A DNA stretch of 31,054 bases from Bdellovibrionota bacterium. GTDB lineage: Bacteria > Bdellovibrionota_C > UBA2361. Positions 1 through 9,097 of the stretch are shown piece after piece; position 1 is the first letter of the stretch; every line of letters starts with the position of its first letter. The position numbers and the translations under genes are program-made. Below the pieces are notes generated by a model. That model saw only the letters and a list, made by a program, of their open reading frames with translations. It did not search any database and had not been told where the DNA came from. The stretch is taken from NCBI GenBank assembly GCA_044352465.1, contig JBILDU010000029.1, positions 1 through 31,054 on the forward strand. The letters are read 5' to 3'.

Positions 1-2
1 AT

Positions 3-614
3 TCGGGGGTAGGGGTGCGGCCTAATTTTCGCAAGATGCCCACGGCGTGTCCGAACGGCGAAAACGACTGTCTGCTTGATTTCGATGGCGCACTACGGGC
101 GGGCCGCGTCAGTGGATTTCGCTACGATGCTCAGGGCCAAGGGCCGTATTGCGATAGTCCGTTTGATCCCAACACCACAAGTTTTATCAACTGTGCGGCG
201 AGGCCACCATCGACCAACCCTAATGCGTCGCCGTGTGTTTCGCAGTCAGTATGGAGCGGAGGGTGTGAGGCGTCAGCATTCTTAGCGCTCGGTGAGCCTG
301 GGGTGTATCTCGGTCGGGTTGCCGCGGTAATGGCCGAGCTCGCGCTTCGGAGCGGGGGGCGGTATTGCCCCATTCTCCCGACCCTCGGGGAGAAGATGGC
401 TTCGAATGAGAACTATTTTGACCACGACGGTGACGAGCCCCCAGGGGCGAGCTCCCTCTGTTCAGGGTGCACACCCCGCCAGCTGAGGGCGAGCGTCGTG
501 CCGAGTGCCGATACTGTGGAGTATAGTCTTGAGCTTCTGACCAAAGGAGAGCAAGCGGCCGAATGTGCAAGTCGGGCTGTGGGTGGGAACCCTTTCACCC
601 TGGTGGAAGAATAG
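3..614 (+). CDS. C-terminal part of a Cys-rich hypothetical protein (5' truncated by the window edge), probably extracytoplasmic
   Basis: The frame is open from position 3 (TCG GGG GTA GGG GTG...) to TAG at 612-614. It has about 10 Cys and ends ...PFTLVEE. No family recognised with confidence. Confidence 0.6.
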   Translation, partial: SGVGVRPNFRKMPTACPNGENDCLLDFDGALRAGRVSGFRYDAQGQGPYCDSPFDPNTTSFINCAARPPSTNPNASPCVSQSVWSGGCEASAFLALGEPGVYLGRVAAVMAELALRSGGRYCPILPTLGEKMASNENYFDHDGDEPPGASSLCSGCTPRQLRASVVPSADTVEYSLELLTKGEQAAECASRAVGGNPFTLVEE

Positions 615-778
615 ACCCTCGTTGAATTAGGCCGCGGCAAAGATAATAAAGCGGTAGAGATCCTCACAACTCTGGCGGCATGCTCCGATAGTTGCGCGCT
701 CTCTGGGGCACCAACTCAATCAGGCGATGTGTCTTCAGCCTTTGCTGTTTGCGCTCCGGATAGATGGTCGGCGTGGTG

Positions 779-2770
779 TTATGCCGCAAGCCACGCTTTG
801 ATGCGCTCGGTTACCGCCCCCGGGGTAAATCCGAACTTCTGCGCCAGGAGCTCTCCCGGTGCTGAGGCGCCGTAATGATCGATCCCGATCGTGAGCCCGT
901 CGGAGCCGACGATTCTTTCCCAACCCATCGTGATACCGGCCTCAAGAGATACTTTTTTCGCTTTCGATGGAATGAGTTCGAGCTGGAACGTCGAGTCTTG
1001 TTCCCGCAGAAGCTCGAGGCAGGGAATGGAGACCACCCTAACCCGTTGACCTTCAGCCGCAAGGCTCTTCGCCGCTTCAACCGCGAGCCATACCTCTGAG
1101 CCTGTCGCGCAGATCACGATCTCGGGATTCGGTGAATCCACGACGATGTACGCTCCCCGGCGGATAGAGTCGGCGGTGAAGCCTTCGGGGCGCTCAAGAG
1201 AGGGGAGGTTCTGGCGGGTAAAGAGGAGGGAGCTCGGACGGCTCTTCATCTCGAGGGCGAGTTGATACGCCATCGCTACCTCCACCCCATCAGCCGGTCT
1301 CCAGACGTAGAGGTTCGGTATCGCCCTTAGCGCAGCGATATGTTCGATCGGCTCGTGGGTGGGACCGTCTTCGCCCACCCAGAAACTATCGTGGGTGAAG
1401 ATGAAAAGCGACTGGAGGTGGGAGAGCGCCGCGAGCCTGATAGCGGGGCGCATGTAGTCGCTAAAAACTAAGAATGTGGCGCTGTAGGGGATCCAGCACT
1501 GCGAGTAAGCGAGCCCGTTGACCGCCGCGCCCATGGCGTGTTCTCGGACGCCGAAGCGAATGTTTCGACCACCAAACTCCTGCGCCTGTATTTCACCCCC
1601 GTCTTTAATCGCAGTCTTCGTCGAGGGCTCAAGATCGGCCGATCCGCCGATAAACCACGGGACGTTCTTGGCGATGACCTGAATCGCTTTCCCCGAGAGA
1701 TTCCGGGTGGCGTCCTTCTTTCCATCTTTAAAGGCAGCGAGAAGTTCGCTCTGAAGGTTCGGCGGGAGCTCCCGCTGGAGGTGGGCGGCGAGTTTCTTCG
1801 CTCTGATCGGGTCGTGCGAATTAAATGCGGTAAGTTTTCGCTGCCACTCCTCGTAGCGGCTCGCTTTGGCTTTGTTGAGTGCCGCGCAGAAGTTTTTCAC
1901 TTCATCGGGAACTAAAAATTGAGCATCGACCGGCCAGCCGAGATTTTGTTTCGTGAGCTTGACCTCCTCGGCACCGAGCGGGGCACCGTGAGCATCGTGG
2001 GTGTTGGCTTTATTCGGGCTGCCGAATCCAAGGAGGGTGCGGCAACAGATAATGCTCGGCCGGCTCTTTTCGGCGAGCGCCTTTTCAAGACAGCTGCTAA
2101 CGGCGGCCATGTCATGCCCATCGCAGCTTTGGACGAACCAGTTGTACGCCTCGAAACGTTTCGCCACCGATTCGGTGAAAGTCACCTCGGTTTCGCCAGC
2201 GAGGGAGATCTTGTTGTCGTCGTAGAGGTAGACGAGGTTGTTGAGTCCCAAGTGTCCGGCGAGCGATGCTGCCTCGGCGGTGATTCCTTCCATAAGGTCG
2301 CCGTCGCTCACGAGCCCAAACACTCGAAAGTTAAACAGATCCCCACCGTATTCAGCGGCAAGGAGCTTGCCCGAGAGCGCCATTCCAACGCCGTTGCCGA
2401 AGCCTTGCCCCAGCGGTCCGGTGGTGGTTTCGATCCCCGGGGTCATACCAAACTCCGGGTGTCCGGGGGTTTTGCTGCCCCATTGTCGGAACGCTTTGAT
2501 CTCTTCCATCGGGAGGTCGTAGCCAAAGAGATGGAGGAGCGAGTACCACAACATCGAGCCGTGGCCGGCGGAGAGGATAAATCGATCGCGGTTCGCCCAC
2601 TGAGGATCGTGCGGGTTGAAGTTCATGTAGTCGGCCCACAGCACCGAGCTAAAGTCGGCCGCGCCTAACGGAAGACCCGGGTGTCCGGAGTTCGCCTTTT
2701 CAACGCCATCGAGGGAGAGCATGCGTACGGTGAGAGCAAGTGAAGCGAGGTCCGAATGGGCTGATTTCAT
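779..2770 (-). CDS. tkt: Transketolase
   Basis: 663 aa with SGHPG, RDRFILSAGHGS, TPGHPE, TTGPLGQG, the TPP-binding SDGDLMEG...DDN motif, FGVREHAM and THDSFWVGEDGPTHEP. AAGGA lies upstream of the ATG. Confidence 0.98.
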   Translation of the reverse strand: MKSAHSDLASLALTVRMLSLDGVEKANSGHPGLPLGAADFSSVLWADYMNFNPHDPQWANRDRFILSAGHGSMLWYSLLHLFGYDLPMEEIKAFRQWGSKTPGHPEFGMTPGIETTTGPLGQGFGNGVGMALSGKLLAAEYGGDLFNFRVFGLVSDGDLMEGITAEAASLAGHLGLNNLVYLYDDNKISLAGETEVTFTESVAKRFEAYNWFVQSCDGHDMAAVSSCLEKALAEKSRPSIICCRTLLGFGSPNKANTHDAHGAPLGAEEVKLTKQNLGWPVDAQFLVPDEVKNFCAALNKAKASRYEEWQRKLTAFNSHDPIRAKKLAAHLQRELPPNLQSELLAAFKDGKKDATRNLSGKAIQVIAKNVPWFIGGSADLEPSTKTAIKDGGEIQAQEFGGRNIRFGVREHAMGAAVNGLAYSQCWIPYSATFLVFSDYMRPAIRLAALSHLQSLFIFTHDSFWVGEDGPTHEPIEHIAALRAIPNLYVWRPADGVEVAMAYQLALEMKSRPSSLLFTRQNLPSLERPEGFTADSIRRGAYIVVDSPNPEIVICATGSEVWLAVEAAKSLAAEGQRVRVVSIPCLELLREQDSTFQLELIPSKAKKVSLEAGITMGWERIVGSDGLTIGIDHYGASAPGELLAQKFGFTPGAVTERIKAWLAA

Positions 2771-2840
2771 GGGTATTTATTCCTTAGGCTGCGGGTTGGT
2801 TTTCCTAACTTGCTGATTTATATGGATAATTAGCCATTGG

Positions 2841-2870
2841 AGCGTATCACGGCGAGGTCTGCGATTACAA
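2841..2870 (-). promoter_or_regulatory. Putative sigma70 promoter for tkt
   Basis: The minus strand reads TTGTAA-N18-TACGCT with a TGn extended -10. Motif match only. Confidence 0.35.
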
Positions 2871-2956
2871 GCTGGCAGCTTCTCGTGCGGAGCAGGGTGT
2901 GGGCGCCCCGCGCGACGTAAAGGAGTGCCCCTTTTGTGGAAGGGTACACTAAGCAA

Positions 2957-3174
2957 GCCCCCACGGAGGAGCATCTTTCAGCCGAGCTGCCCAAATCAAG
3001 TTACCGAATGAACCGGTGACGGTGGTGGGTGGCCAGCGTTCTCCCTTTGGCACGCTTCTAGCTAAGTAAATTTCTTAGTAACCCGGTCGTTCTGCCGAAC
3101 GATCGCGGTGAAATCAGAATGCCTGACTCCAGTTGAGTGAACCACCCCCCCCCCCGGTTCACTCAACTTTTTTT
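2957..3174 (+). ncRNA. Candidate orphan structured small RNA (five-way junction plus terminator), family not recognised
   Basis: Bulged closing helix 2965-2984/3106-3130. Hairpins at 2986-3033, 3035-3056, 3061-3079 and 3084-3105, with G-U wobbles on the + strand. TACACT -10-like box at 2945-2950. Intrinsic terminator at 3131-3174. No + strand ORF downstream. Confidence 0.6.
3131..3174 (+). terminator. Rho-independent terminator with a poly-C loop
   Basis: Perfect 13-bp stem AGTTGAGTGAACC (3131-3143) / GGTTCACTCAACT (3156-3168), loop of A plus C11, followed by a T-run to 3174. Confidence 0.85.
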
Positions 3175-3266
3175 ATTTGGATGCTCCGCATCTCGGTATA
3201 AGAGTAGGGAGCCTGGACGTGCGGGACTAGTCGGCGCTTCGTAGCCGCTCGGTCACACCATCAAGG

Positions 3267-3824
3267 TTAAGCGGCCTTCCACTTTATCGAACACCCGAGG
3301 GGGTGAACAAACTTTGCTGTGGGCTCCTGCCCGTGCAACACGGCCTCGATAGCTGGGGAAAGGTGGTCCGCGCGGGGTTTCGAGGGATCTTTCGGGACAT
3401 CGGTTATTGCGCCGTGAAAAGCGAGCTTAAGGTGTGAATCGAAGAGGTAACATTCCGGTGTGCACGCCGCATCGAACGCCCTCGCCACCGCCTGGCTTTC
3501 GTCCCATAAGTAGGGGTAGGGGAGCTTTAGGGCGACCGACTTTGCTTGCATCTTTTCAAAGCTGTCGTCCGGATAGGCTACCGGATCGTTCGAGTTTATG
3601 GTCACCGTTCGAAGGCCGAGTGGGGCGTACTTTCGCGCAATCTGGGCGAGCATCTCTTCAGTGCCTTTGACGTAAGGGCAATGGTTGCAGGTGAAAACAA
3701 CCAGGGCAGCTTTGCCACCACCCAGATAGTCCGCGCCAATGAGTTCCCCGTCGACATTTTTAAGGGCAAAAGTCGGCAGGCTAGAACCTAGGGGTAATTT
3801 ATCGCTCGCGTTCGTTCGTTCCAT
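3267..3824 (-). CDS. Thioredoxin-fold redoxin (AhpC/TSA-like thioredoxin family protein)
   Basis: CNHCPYV CxxC motif, INSND...YPDDSFEKM, YPYLWDESQAVARAFDAACTPE and C-terminal GCSIKWK, typical of this family. Confidence 0.9.
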   Translation of the reverse strand: MERTNASDKLPLGSSLPTFALKNVDGELIGADYLGGGKAALVVFTCNHCPYVKGTEEMLAQIARKYAPLGLRTVTINSNDPVAYPDDSFEKMQAKSVALKLPYPYLWDESQAVARAFDAACTPECYLFDSHLKLAFHGAITDVPKDPSKPRADHLSPAIEAVLHGQEPTAKFVHPLGCSIKWKAA

Positions 3825-3866
3825 GGTCTCCTCGTCGGGGGCCGCAATCTCCCGAAGCCGCGAAGG

Positions 3867-4718
3867 CTAGGGCTGCTGCGGCGCTTTCTTGTTGTAACGC
3901 GAGTTCTTCTCTAAGAAGCGTCGTACGTTCTCAGCGAACCACTCGGGGTGTTCGATCATCGGTGCGTGTCCGCATTTTTTGATCGAGATGAGCTCGGCGT
4001 TCGGGATTTCGCGATGAAAAGTCTCCGCAACATCCATCGTGGTGACTTCATCGTCCTCGCCCCATAACAGTAGCACCGGAACCTTGATCTCCTTTAGGAG
4101 GTGGAGCAGGTTGTCTTTCTTTGCACTTCGGGCGGCGTGGATGATGTTGAGCACGTTCATCCGTGGAGCGATCGTTTGATAGATCTCCTCGATGCGCTCT
4201 TCAGTGATGAATTGCGGATTCGTAAAAACCCGCTTCATGTGCTCTCGAATATAGTTTCGGTCAGGGCGCACCGGAAGCGCGTCGACGGTATGCTCGTAGA
4301 GCCCCGAGGTGCCGGAAAGGATGAGGCAGTCAACTAATTCGGGGGAGGCAAGGTAGAGGCGCATCGCCACGTGCCCACCGAGGGAATTCCCGCATAAGGT
4401 TACCGGCTGCAGCGACCGCTCGCGAATAAGATACTCCGTGTAAGCGGCCAGAGACTTGATCTTCACCTCGGAGCGGTGTCCGGAGAGGATTGGAAACTGC
4501 AACGCTATCGGTCGGCAAAAGTCGGTAAAGAGGGGGAAGACCGATTCCCAGTTGGAAAGTGCCCCTAAAAGACCGTGGAGCAAGATCATCTCGGGCCCCG
4601 TGGTACCACCTTCGACGGTATCGAACGTCAGGGGCTCCTCTTTCTTGAGCCACAACGGATCGACCCCCCCCACGCGGTGAGCCATTTTTTTAAGGTCGTT
4701 GAAAACGCTTGAGTTCAT
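3867..4718 (-). CDS. Alpha/beta fold hydrolase
   Basis: Oxyanion motif LLHGLLG, nucleophile elbow GNSLGG, acid region WGEDD, catalytic His in CGHAPMIEHP. Confidence 0.92.
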   Translation of the reverse strand: MNSSVFNDLKKMAHRVGGVDPLWLKKEEPLTFDTVEGGTTGPEMILLHGLLGALSNWESVFPLFTDFCRPIALQFPILSGHRSEVKIKSLAAYTEYLIRERSLQPVTLCGNSLGGHVAMRLYLASPELVDCLILSGTSGLYEHTVDALPVRPDRNYIREHMKRVFTNPQFITEERIEEIYQTIAPRMNVLNIIHAARSAKKDNLLHLLKEIKVPVLLLWGEDDEVTTMDVAETFHREIPNAELISIKKCGHAPMIEHPEWFAENVRRFLEKNSRYNKKAPQQP

Positions 4719-4901
4719 TCGGTGTCGTGTGCCGTATGGGCGGAGGAAAACGTGCGGCTCCTATTCGTGCCGCGGAGATTTTTTGTCTCAGGCGGATACT
4801 CTCCGCCGGATAGCCTCTGCCTTTCCCCATTATCGCAGAGCTTCGACCGGCCGAATAGAACGGCGCGAAAAAACGCTAAGGGGCTCACTTAAATAAACTT
4901 T

Positions 4902-6836
4902 TTACAGATCCAGTTCAAGTCTATGGGCATTTTCTTGGATAAGCCGATACCGGTCGGCGGTCTCTTTGCCGAGGAGCTGCTCGAACATTTGTGTGACCTG
5001 CTCCTCTCCATCTACCCGAATTCGCAGGAGATTTCGCGTTTTGGGGTCGAGCGTTGTCTCCCAAAGGGTCGATGGATTCATCTCGCCCAGTCCTTTAAAC
5101 CGAGTGATATGTATTTTCGACCTGTCGCTCTTGCCTTTCAGGATGCGCTCCTTGTCCTCATCTGAGTAAGCCCACAGGAGCTCCTCTCTGCTCCCGGAGC
5201 CGATCCGAATTCGGTAGAGCGGGGACATGCCGATGTAGAGGTGTCCTGCGTCGACCAGCGGCCGCATAAAGCGGAAGAAGAAAGCCATTAAGAGGGAGCC
5301 GATATGCATTCCGTCCGCATCGGCGTCGGTAAGGATGATCACTTTGCCGTAGCGGAGCTTCTCGAGGCGGACTTTGTCGCCGATACCACATCCGAGAGCT
5401 GAGGAAAGGTCGAGGAGTTCGCGATTCTCTTTGAGTTTCGCCTCGCTTGCCGCGACTGAGTTTAATATCTTTCCCCGTAACGGAAGGACGGCTTGGGTCT
5501 TTCGATCCCGGCCCTGCTTGGCGCTGCCGCCCGCTGAATCACCCTCAACGATGAAAAGTTCAGATTTTTCGGGGCTCGTTGATGAGCAGTCCGCGAGTTT
5601 TCCCGGGAGGTTGAGGCGGTGGCTTATGCCGATCTTCCGCGAGACGCTCTCGCTGGCGGTGCGCGCCGCGGCGCGCGCCTTTGCCGCCATCATGATTCGC
5701 TCGACGATCGCTGCGGCGATGTTGGGCTTCGAGTTCAGCACGTTCTCATAGGTTCGGATAAGCCCCTCGACCGGTGCCGCGATCTCGGGATTGTTGAGTC
5801 GGTTTTTGGTCTGTCCTTGGAACTGAAGTTGGGCAACCGCGCCGGGGACGTTCACCGAGACGACCGCGAGAAGGCCTTCGCGGATATCCTCACTGACGAC
5901 CTTGACACCCCGCGGGACCAGATTGTGGACCGACATGTAGTTACGGAGCGCTTTGCCGAGCCCAGTTTTAAAACCTTCGTCGTGCGTGCCGCCTTCCGAA
6001 GTGTGGATACCGTTCACGTAGGAGAGGACTTTTTCAGTCGTCGATTCAGTCCAGCAAAAAGCCACCTCCACCCGTACCCCATTGGTGCGTTCCAGAGAGA
6101 ATGTCTCGCCAGCGATCGGCTTCAGTTGCTCTTGCTCAAGCAGCTTGCCCAGGTATGAGACGAGGCCGTCGGGGAAGCAGTACCGATTCGATGTACCTGC
6201 CCCTTCGTCCACGAAGGTTATGGCGAGGCCTTTATGGAGAAACGCCTTTTCTTGGATCGTCTTCTCAATCCGGGCAGCTTGGAACGCGATTGAGCGGAAG
6301 ATCTCGGTGTCCGGCTTAAAGAAGATCGTCGTGCCGTGGGCCTTCGTCTTGGCCCCCTTCATGAGTTTGGAGGTTGCTTTGCCACGCGAGAACGATTGGG
6401 TCCACTCGAAGCCATCTCGGCGCACGGTGGCGCGAAGGTCAGACGAGAGCGCGTTAACCACCGATGAGCCGACGCCGTGGAGACCACCCGCAGAGACGTA
6501 GTTGCGATCGGAGAATTTACCTCCTGAGTGGAGCGTTGTCAGGATGAGCTCGAGCGCTGACTTCTTAAACTTCGGGTGGGTATCGACCGGAATGCCTCGG
6601 CCGTTATCTTCGACGCTGACGCTCTCACCATCTTTGTGGAGGGTCACCGTGATCGAGTCGGCGTGGCCGTTCATCGCCTCGTCGACAGCGTTGTCGAGGA
6701 TCTCGTTGACGAGGTGGTGCAGCCCTTGGGGGCCCTCAGTGCCACCGATGTACATTCCCGGGCGCTTCCGCACCGGCTCAAGGCCTTCAAGAACCTCGAT
6801 ATCCTCGGCTGTGTACGATTTTGCTGACATGCCCAT
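4902..6836 (-). CDS. parE: Type IIA topoisomerase B subunit (topoisomerase IV ParE-like)
   Basis: GHKL motifs (EILDNAVDE, DNGRGIP, GGLHGVG) and Toprim motifs (EGDSAGGSAKQGR, PLRGKILN, TDADADG, RFKGLGEMN). At 644 aa it lacks the large gammaproteobacterial GyrB insertion. Its ATG overlaps the A-subunit stop (TAATG). The parE rather than gyrB call is inferred from the partner lacking a GyrA-box. Confidence 0.85.
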   Translation of the reverse strand: MGMSAKSYTAEDIEVLEGLEPVRKRPGMYIGGTEGPQGLHHLVNEILDNAVDEAMNGHADSITVTLHKDGESVSVEDNGRGIPVDTHPKFKKSALELILTTLHSGGKFSDRNYVSAGGLHGVGSSVVNALSSDLRATVRRDGFEWTQSFSRGKATSKLMKGAKTKAHGTTIFFKPDTEIFRSIAFQAARIEKTIQEKAFLHKGLAITFVDEGAGTSNRYCFPDGLVSYLGKLLEQEQLKPIAGETFSLERTNGVRVEVAFCWTESTTEKVLSYVNGIHTSEGGTHDEGFKTGLGKALRNYMSVHNLVPRGVKVVSEDIREGLLAVVSVNVPGAVAQLQFQGQTKNRLNNPEIAAPVEGLIRTYENVLNSKPNIAAAIVERIMMAAKARAAARTASESVSRKIGISHRLNLPGKLADCSSTSPEKSELFIVEGDSAGGSAKQGRDRKTQAVLPLRGKILNSVAASEAKLKENRELLDLSSALGCGIGDKVRLEKLRYGKVIILTDADADGMHIGSLLMAFFFRFMRPLVDAGHLYIGMSPLYRIRIGSGSREELLWAYSDEDKERILKGKSDRSKIHITRFKGLGEMNPSTLWETTLDPKTRNLLRIRVDGEEQVTQMFEQLLGKETADRYRLIQENAHRLELDL

Positions 6837-9097
6837 TAGCCTACCTTCTCCACAGAAACTATCTCACCCCGCGCGACCACCTTGTTGCCCTTCAGTGCGC
6901 GATGTCCCGAGCAAACCTCGCTCGAGGGGATCTCGGTCGTCTTTCCGTTGGTGAGCGTTATCTTTAATTTGGCTTGCCGTTGAAAGCTCACCGCACTGAC
7001 GAGTCGATCGTCGGAGCGGACGCCGATGAGGGCGACCCCCACTGCGGCGGTATCACGCTCCGGTACCTCCTTCGCCGAGATGATGAGGCCCGCAGCCTTC
7101 TCGGTGAAGAGTCCGATCTGCCCCTCGAGTCGGCACACCGCGGCAAGAAAGTCGCCGTCGCGGAGCTTCATGGCGCGCTTGCCGCTCCTCTTGAGGCTGT
7201 CGAGGCCTTCGATGATAAGCGCAAATCCGACCCCTTGCTTCGAGACGAGGAGCATCTTATGCCCCTCGCGGATTTCGTGGACGGGAAGGAGCGTAGCCTC
7301 GGCTTGCTTGGCCTTCACCTCGAAGCTTTCCACGATCGTTTCGCCGTCTTTGAACTTCAAAATCTTTTGTACCGGGTCGCCATAGCCGCTCGAGGAGGGG
7401 AAGTCAGCTACCTTCAAGGTGTACAGCGTCCCCAGGTTCGTAAAGAACGCCACCGAGTCGACCGTCGAAAGGGCATGGGCTCGTTTAATCGAGTCGCCCT
7501 CCCGTAGGCGAGTTGAGGCGAGTTCGTTCGTTTGGCGGATACGTTTAATCCAGCCGTCGTTCGTCACGATCGCGTAGACATCCTCGTGCACTACATAATC
7601 TTCGGCGTTAAACTCGATCTCGATATTTTCACGCACGAGCTTGCACCGTCGCTTGTCGCCGTAACGTTCGGCGATCGCTTCGAGATCTTTCTTCACGAGT
7701 TCGCGAATCTTCGCTGGGTTCTTTAAGATCCGATCGATCTCGTCGACCCGCTTTTGTTTTTCCTTAAGCTCCTCACGGATCTCCAAGATATTGGTGCGCG
7801 AGAGTTGGTAGATCTTCATGTCGACCACCGCGTACGCTTGAATCTCCGAGAGCTTGAAGCGAGCGCGGAGCTTCTCCGCCGAGTCGGCCCGACCCTCGCT
7901 CTTACGCACGATCTTGAGCGCCTCATCGAGCGCGTCGTAGATAATGACGAGTCCTTCGAGGATGTGAATTCGCTCGAGAAGCTTCTTCCGCTCATACGTG
8001 AGCTTCTTCCGGGTTACGTCGATACGGAAGTCGATAAAGTGCTGGAGGCACGATTTTAGGGGCAAAACCTCCGGTCGGAGGGAGCCGTTGGGTCCGGGGA
8101 CGAGCGCGGTGAAATTCACGTTGAAGGCGCTCTCAATCGGGGTGTTCTTGAATAGATACGCCATCGCGACGTCGGGATCGGCCCCACTGGCGAGCTCGAG
8201 CACGATGCGCACCTGATCGGTCGACTCGTCGCGCACGTCAGTGAGTTGCGGGACCTTGCGGTCGATGATGAGGCCAGCGATCTTCTCAACAAGTTGGGAT
8301 TTGTTGAGCGCGTAGGGGATCGAAGTGATTACGATCGCTCGTTTGCCCCGCGCCTGCTCTTCGACCCCCCACTCTCCGCGCATCCGAATCGCGCCGCGCC
8401 CCGTCTCGTAGATCTCGGTGATCTCTTTTTTGCTATTTAAAATAAGACAGCCGGTCGGGAAGTCGGGTCCTTTGATCGTTGCGGCGAGTTTCGCACACGC
8501 GAGCTCGGGGTCGTCCAAGAGCTCGGTGAGTGCTTTGATCGTGTCGGTCAGGTTGTGGGGTGGAATGCTCGTCGCCATACCCACGGCGATGCCGCTCGCC
8601 CCGTTAATGAGAAGGTTGGGAACTCGGCTTGGAAGAACTACCGGTTCGGCGGTTGTGCCGTCGAAATTGTCCCGAAAGTCGACCGTTTCCTGATCAATCT
8701 CTCCGATAACATCGATCGCAAGGTCACGTAGCTTCGCCTCGGTGTACCGATACGCTGCGGCGTTGTCCCCGTCGAGCGATCCGAAGTTGCCTTGGCCGTC
8801 CACAAGGGGGTAGCGGAGTGAGAAGTCTTGAGTCATCCGCACCATCGCCTCATAGCAGGCGATATCCCCGTGGGGGTGAAACCGCGCGAGCACTTCGCCC
8901 ACGACCGCTGCGGATTTGCGATGGCTACCGTTCGGGCGCAGGTTGAGGTTCTGCAGCATCGCGTAGAGGATGCGGCGCTGTACCGGCTTGAGCCCGTCGC
9001 GGACGTCGGGGAGGGCGCGACCTGACACCACGCTCAGCGCGTAGGTAAGGTAGCGATCGCGCGATTCTTGGGACAAGTTTGTGTCGATGACCGCCAT
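6836..9097 (-). CDS. parC: Type IIA topoisomerase A subunit (topoisomerase IV ParC-like)
   Basis: [38 protein letters not shown], catalytic AAAYRYTE and [14 protein letters not shown]. The beta-pinwheel CTD lacks a QxRGGKG GyrA-box. Start placed at ATG 9097 (MAVIDTNL) rather than TTG 9148. Confidence 0.85.
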   Translation of the reverse strand: MAVIDTNLSQESRDRYLTYALSVVSGRALPDVRDGLKPVQRRILYAMLQNLNLRPNGSHRKSAAVVGEVLARFHPHGDIACYEAMVRMTQDFSLRYPLVDGQGNFGSLDGDNAAAYRYTEAKLRDLAIDVIGEIDQETVDFRDNFDGTTAEPVVLPSRVPNLLINGASGIAVGMATSIPPHNLTDTIKALTELLDDPELACAKLAATIKGPDFPTGCLILNSKKEITEIYETGRGAIRMRGEWGVEEQARGKRAIVITSIPYALNKSQLVEKIAGLIIDRKVPQLTDVRDESTDQVRIVLELASGADPDVAMAYLFKNTPIESAFNVNFTALVPGPNGSLRPEVLPLKSCLQHFIDFRIDVTRKKLTYERKKLLERIHILEGLVIIYDALDEALKIVRKSEGRADSAEKLRARFKLSEIQAYAVVDMKIYQLSRTNILEIREELKEKQKRVDEIDRILKNPAKIRELVKKDLEAIAERYGDKRRCKLVRENIEIEFNAEDYVVHEDVYAIVTNDGWIKRIRQTNELASTRLREGDSIKRAHALSTVDSVAFFTNLGTLYTLKVADFPSSSGYGDPVQKILKFKDGETIVESFEVKAKQAEATLLPVHEIREGHKMLLVSKQGVGFALIIEGLDSLKRSGKRAMKLRDGDFLAAVCRLEGQIGLFTEKAAGLIISAKEVPERDTAAVGVALIGVRSDDRLVSAVSFQRQAKLKITLTNGKTTEIPSSEVCSGHRALKGNKVVARGEIVSVEKVG

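Noticed and set aside
597..876. Possible amber read-through: TLVEE-TAG-TLVEL near-tandem repeat, with the frame staying open to 876
   Set aside because: The extension runs antisense into tkt, there is no pyrrolysine or recoding evidence, and other genes here use TAG as a normal stop. An open frame of this length is expected at this GC content.
2806..2818. IHF-like sites (also at about 14650-14662 and 18343-18355)
   Set aside because: Each has mismatches to WATCAANNNNTTR, which is too degenerate to support from sequence alone.
2777..2974. 65-aa minus-strand ORF upstream of tkt
   Set aside because: No recognisable protein features, Arg/Pro-rich shadow composition, and it overlaps the predicted promoters of tkt and the candidate ncRNA.
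2965..3130. Lysine riboswitch or 6S RNA identity for the structured element
   Set aside because: The five-way topology resembles the lysine aptamer, but the AGAGGUGC and loop-E motifs and a downstream gene are missing. It is branched rather than the rod with a central bubble seen in 6S.
4902..9097. Calling the pair DNA gyrase (gyrA/gyrB)
   Set aside because: There is no GyrA-box in the CTD, and the QRDR (ACYEAMV) is ParC-like.
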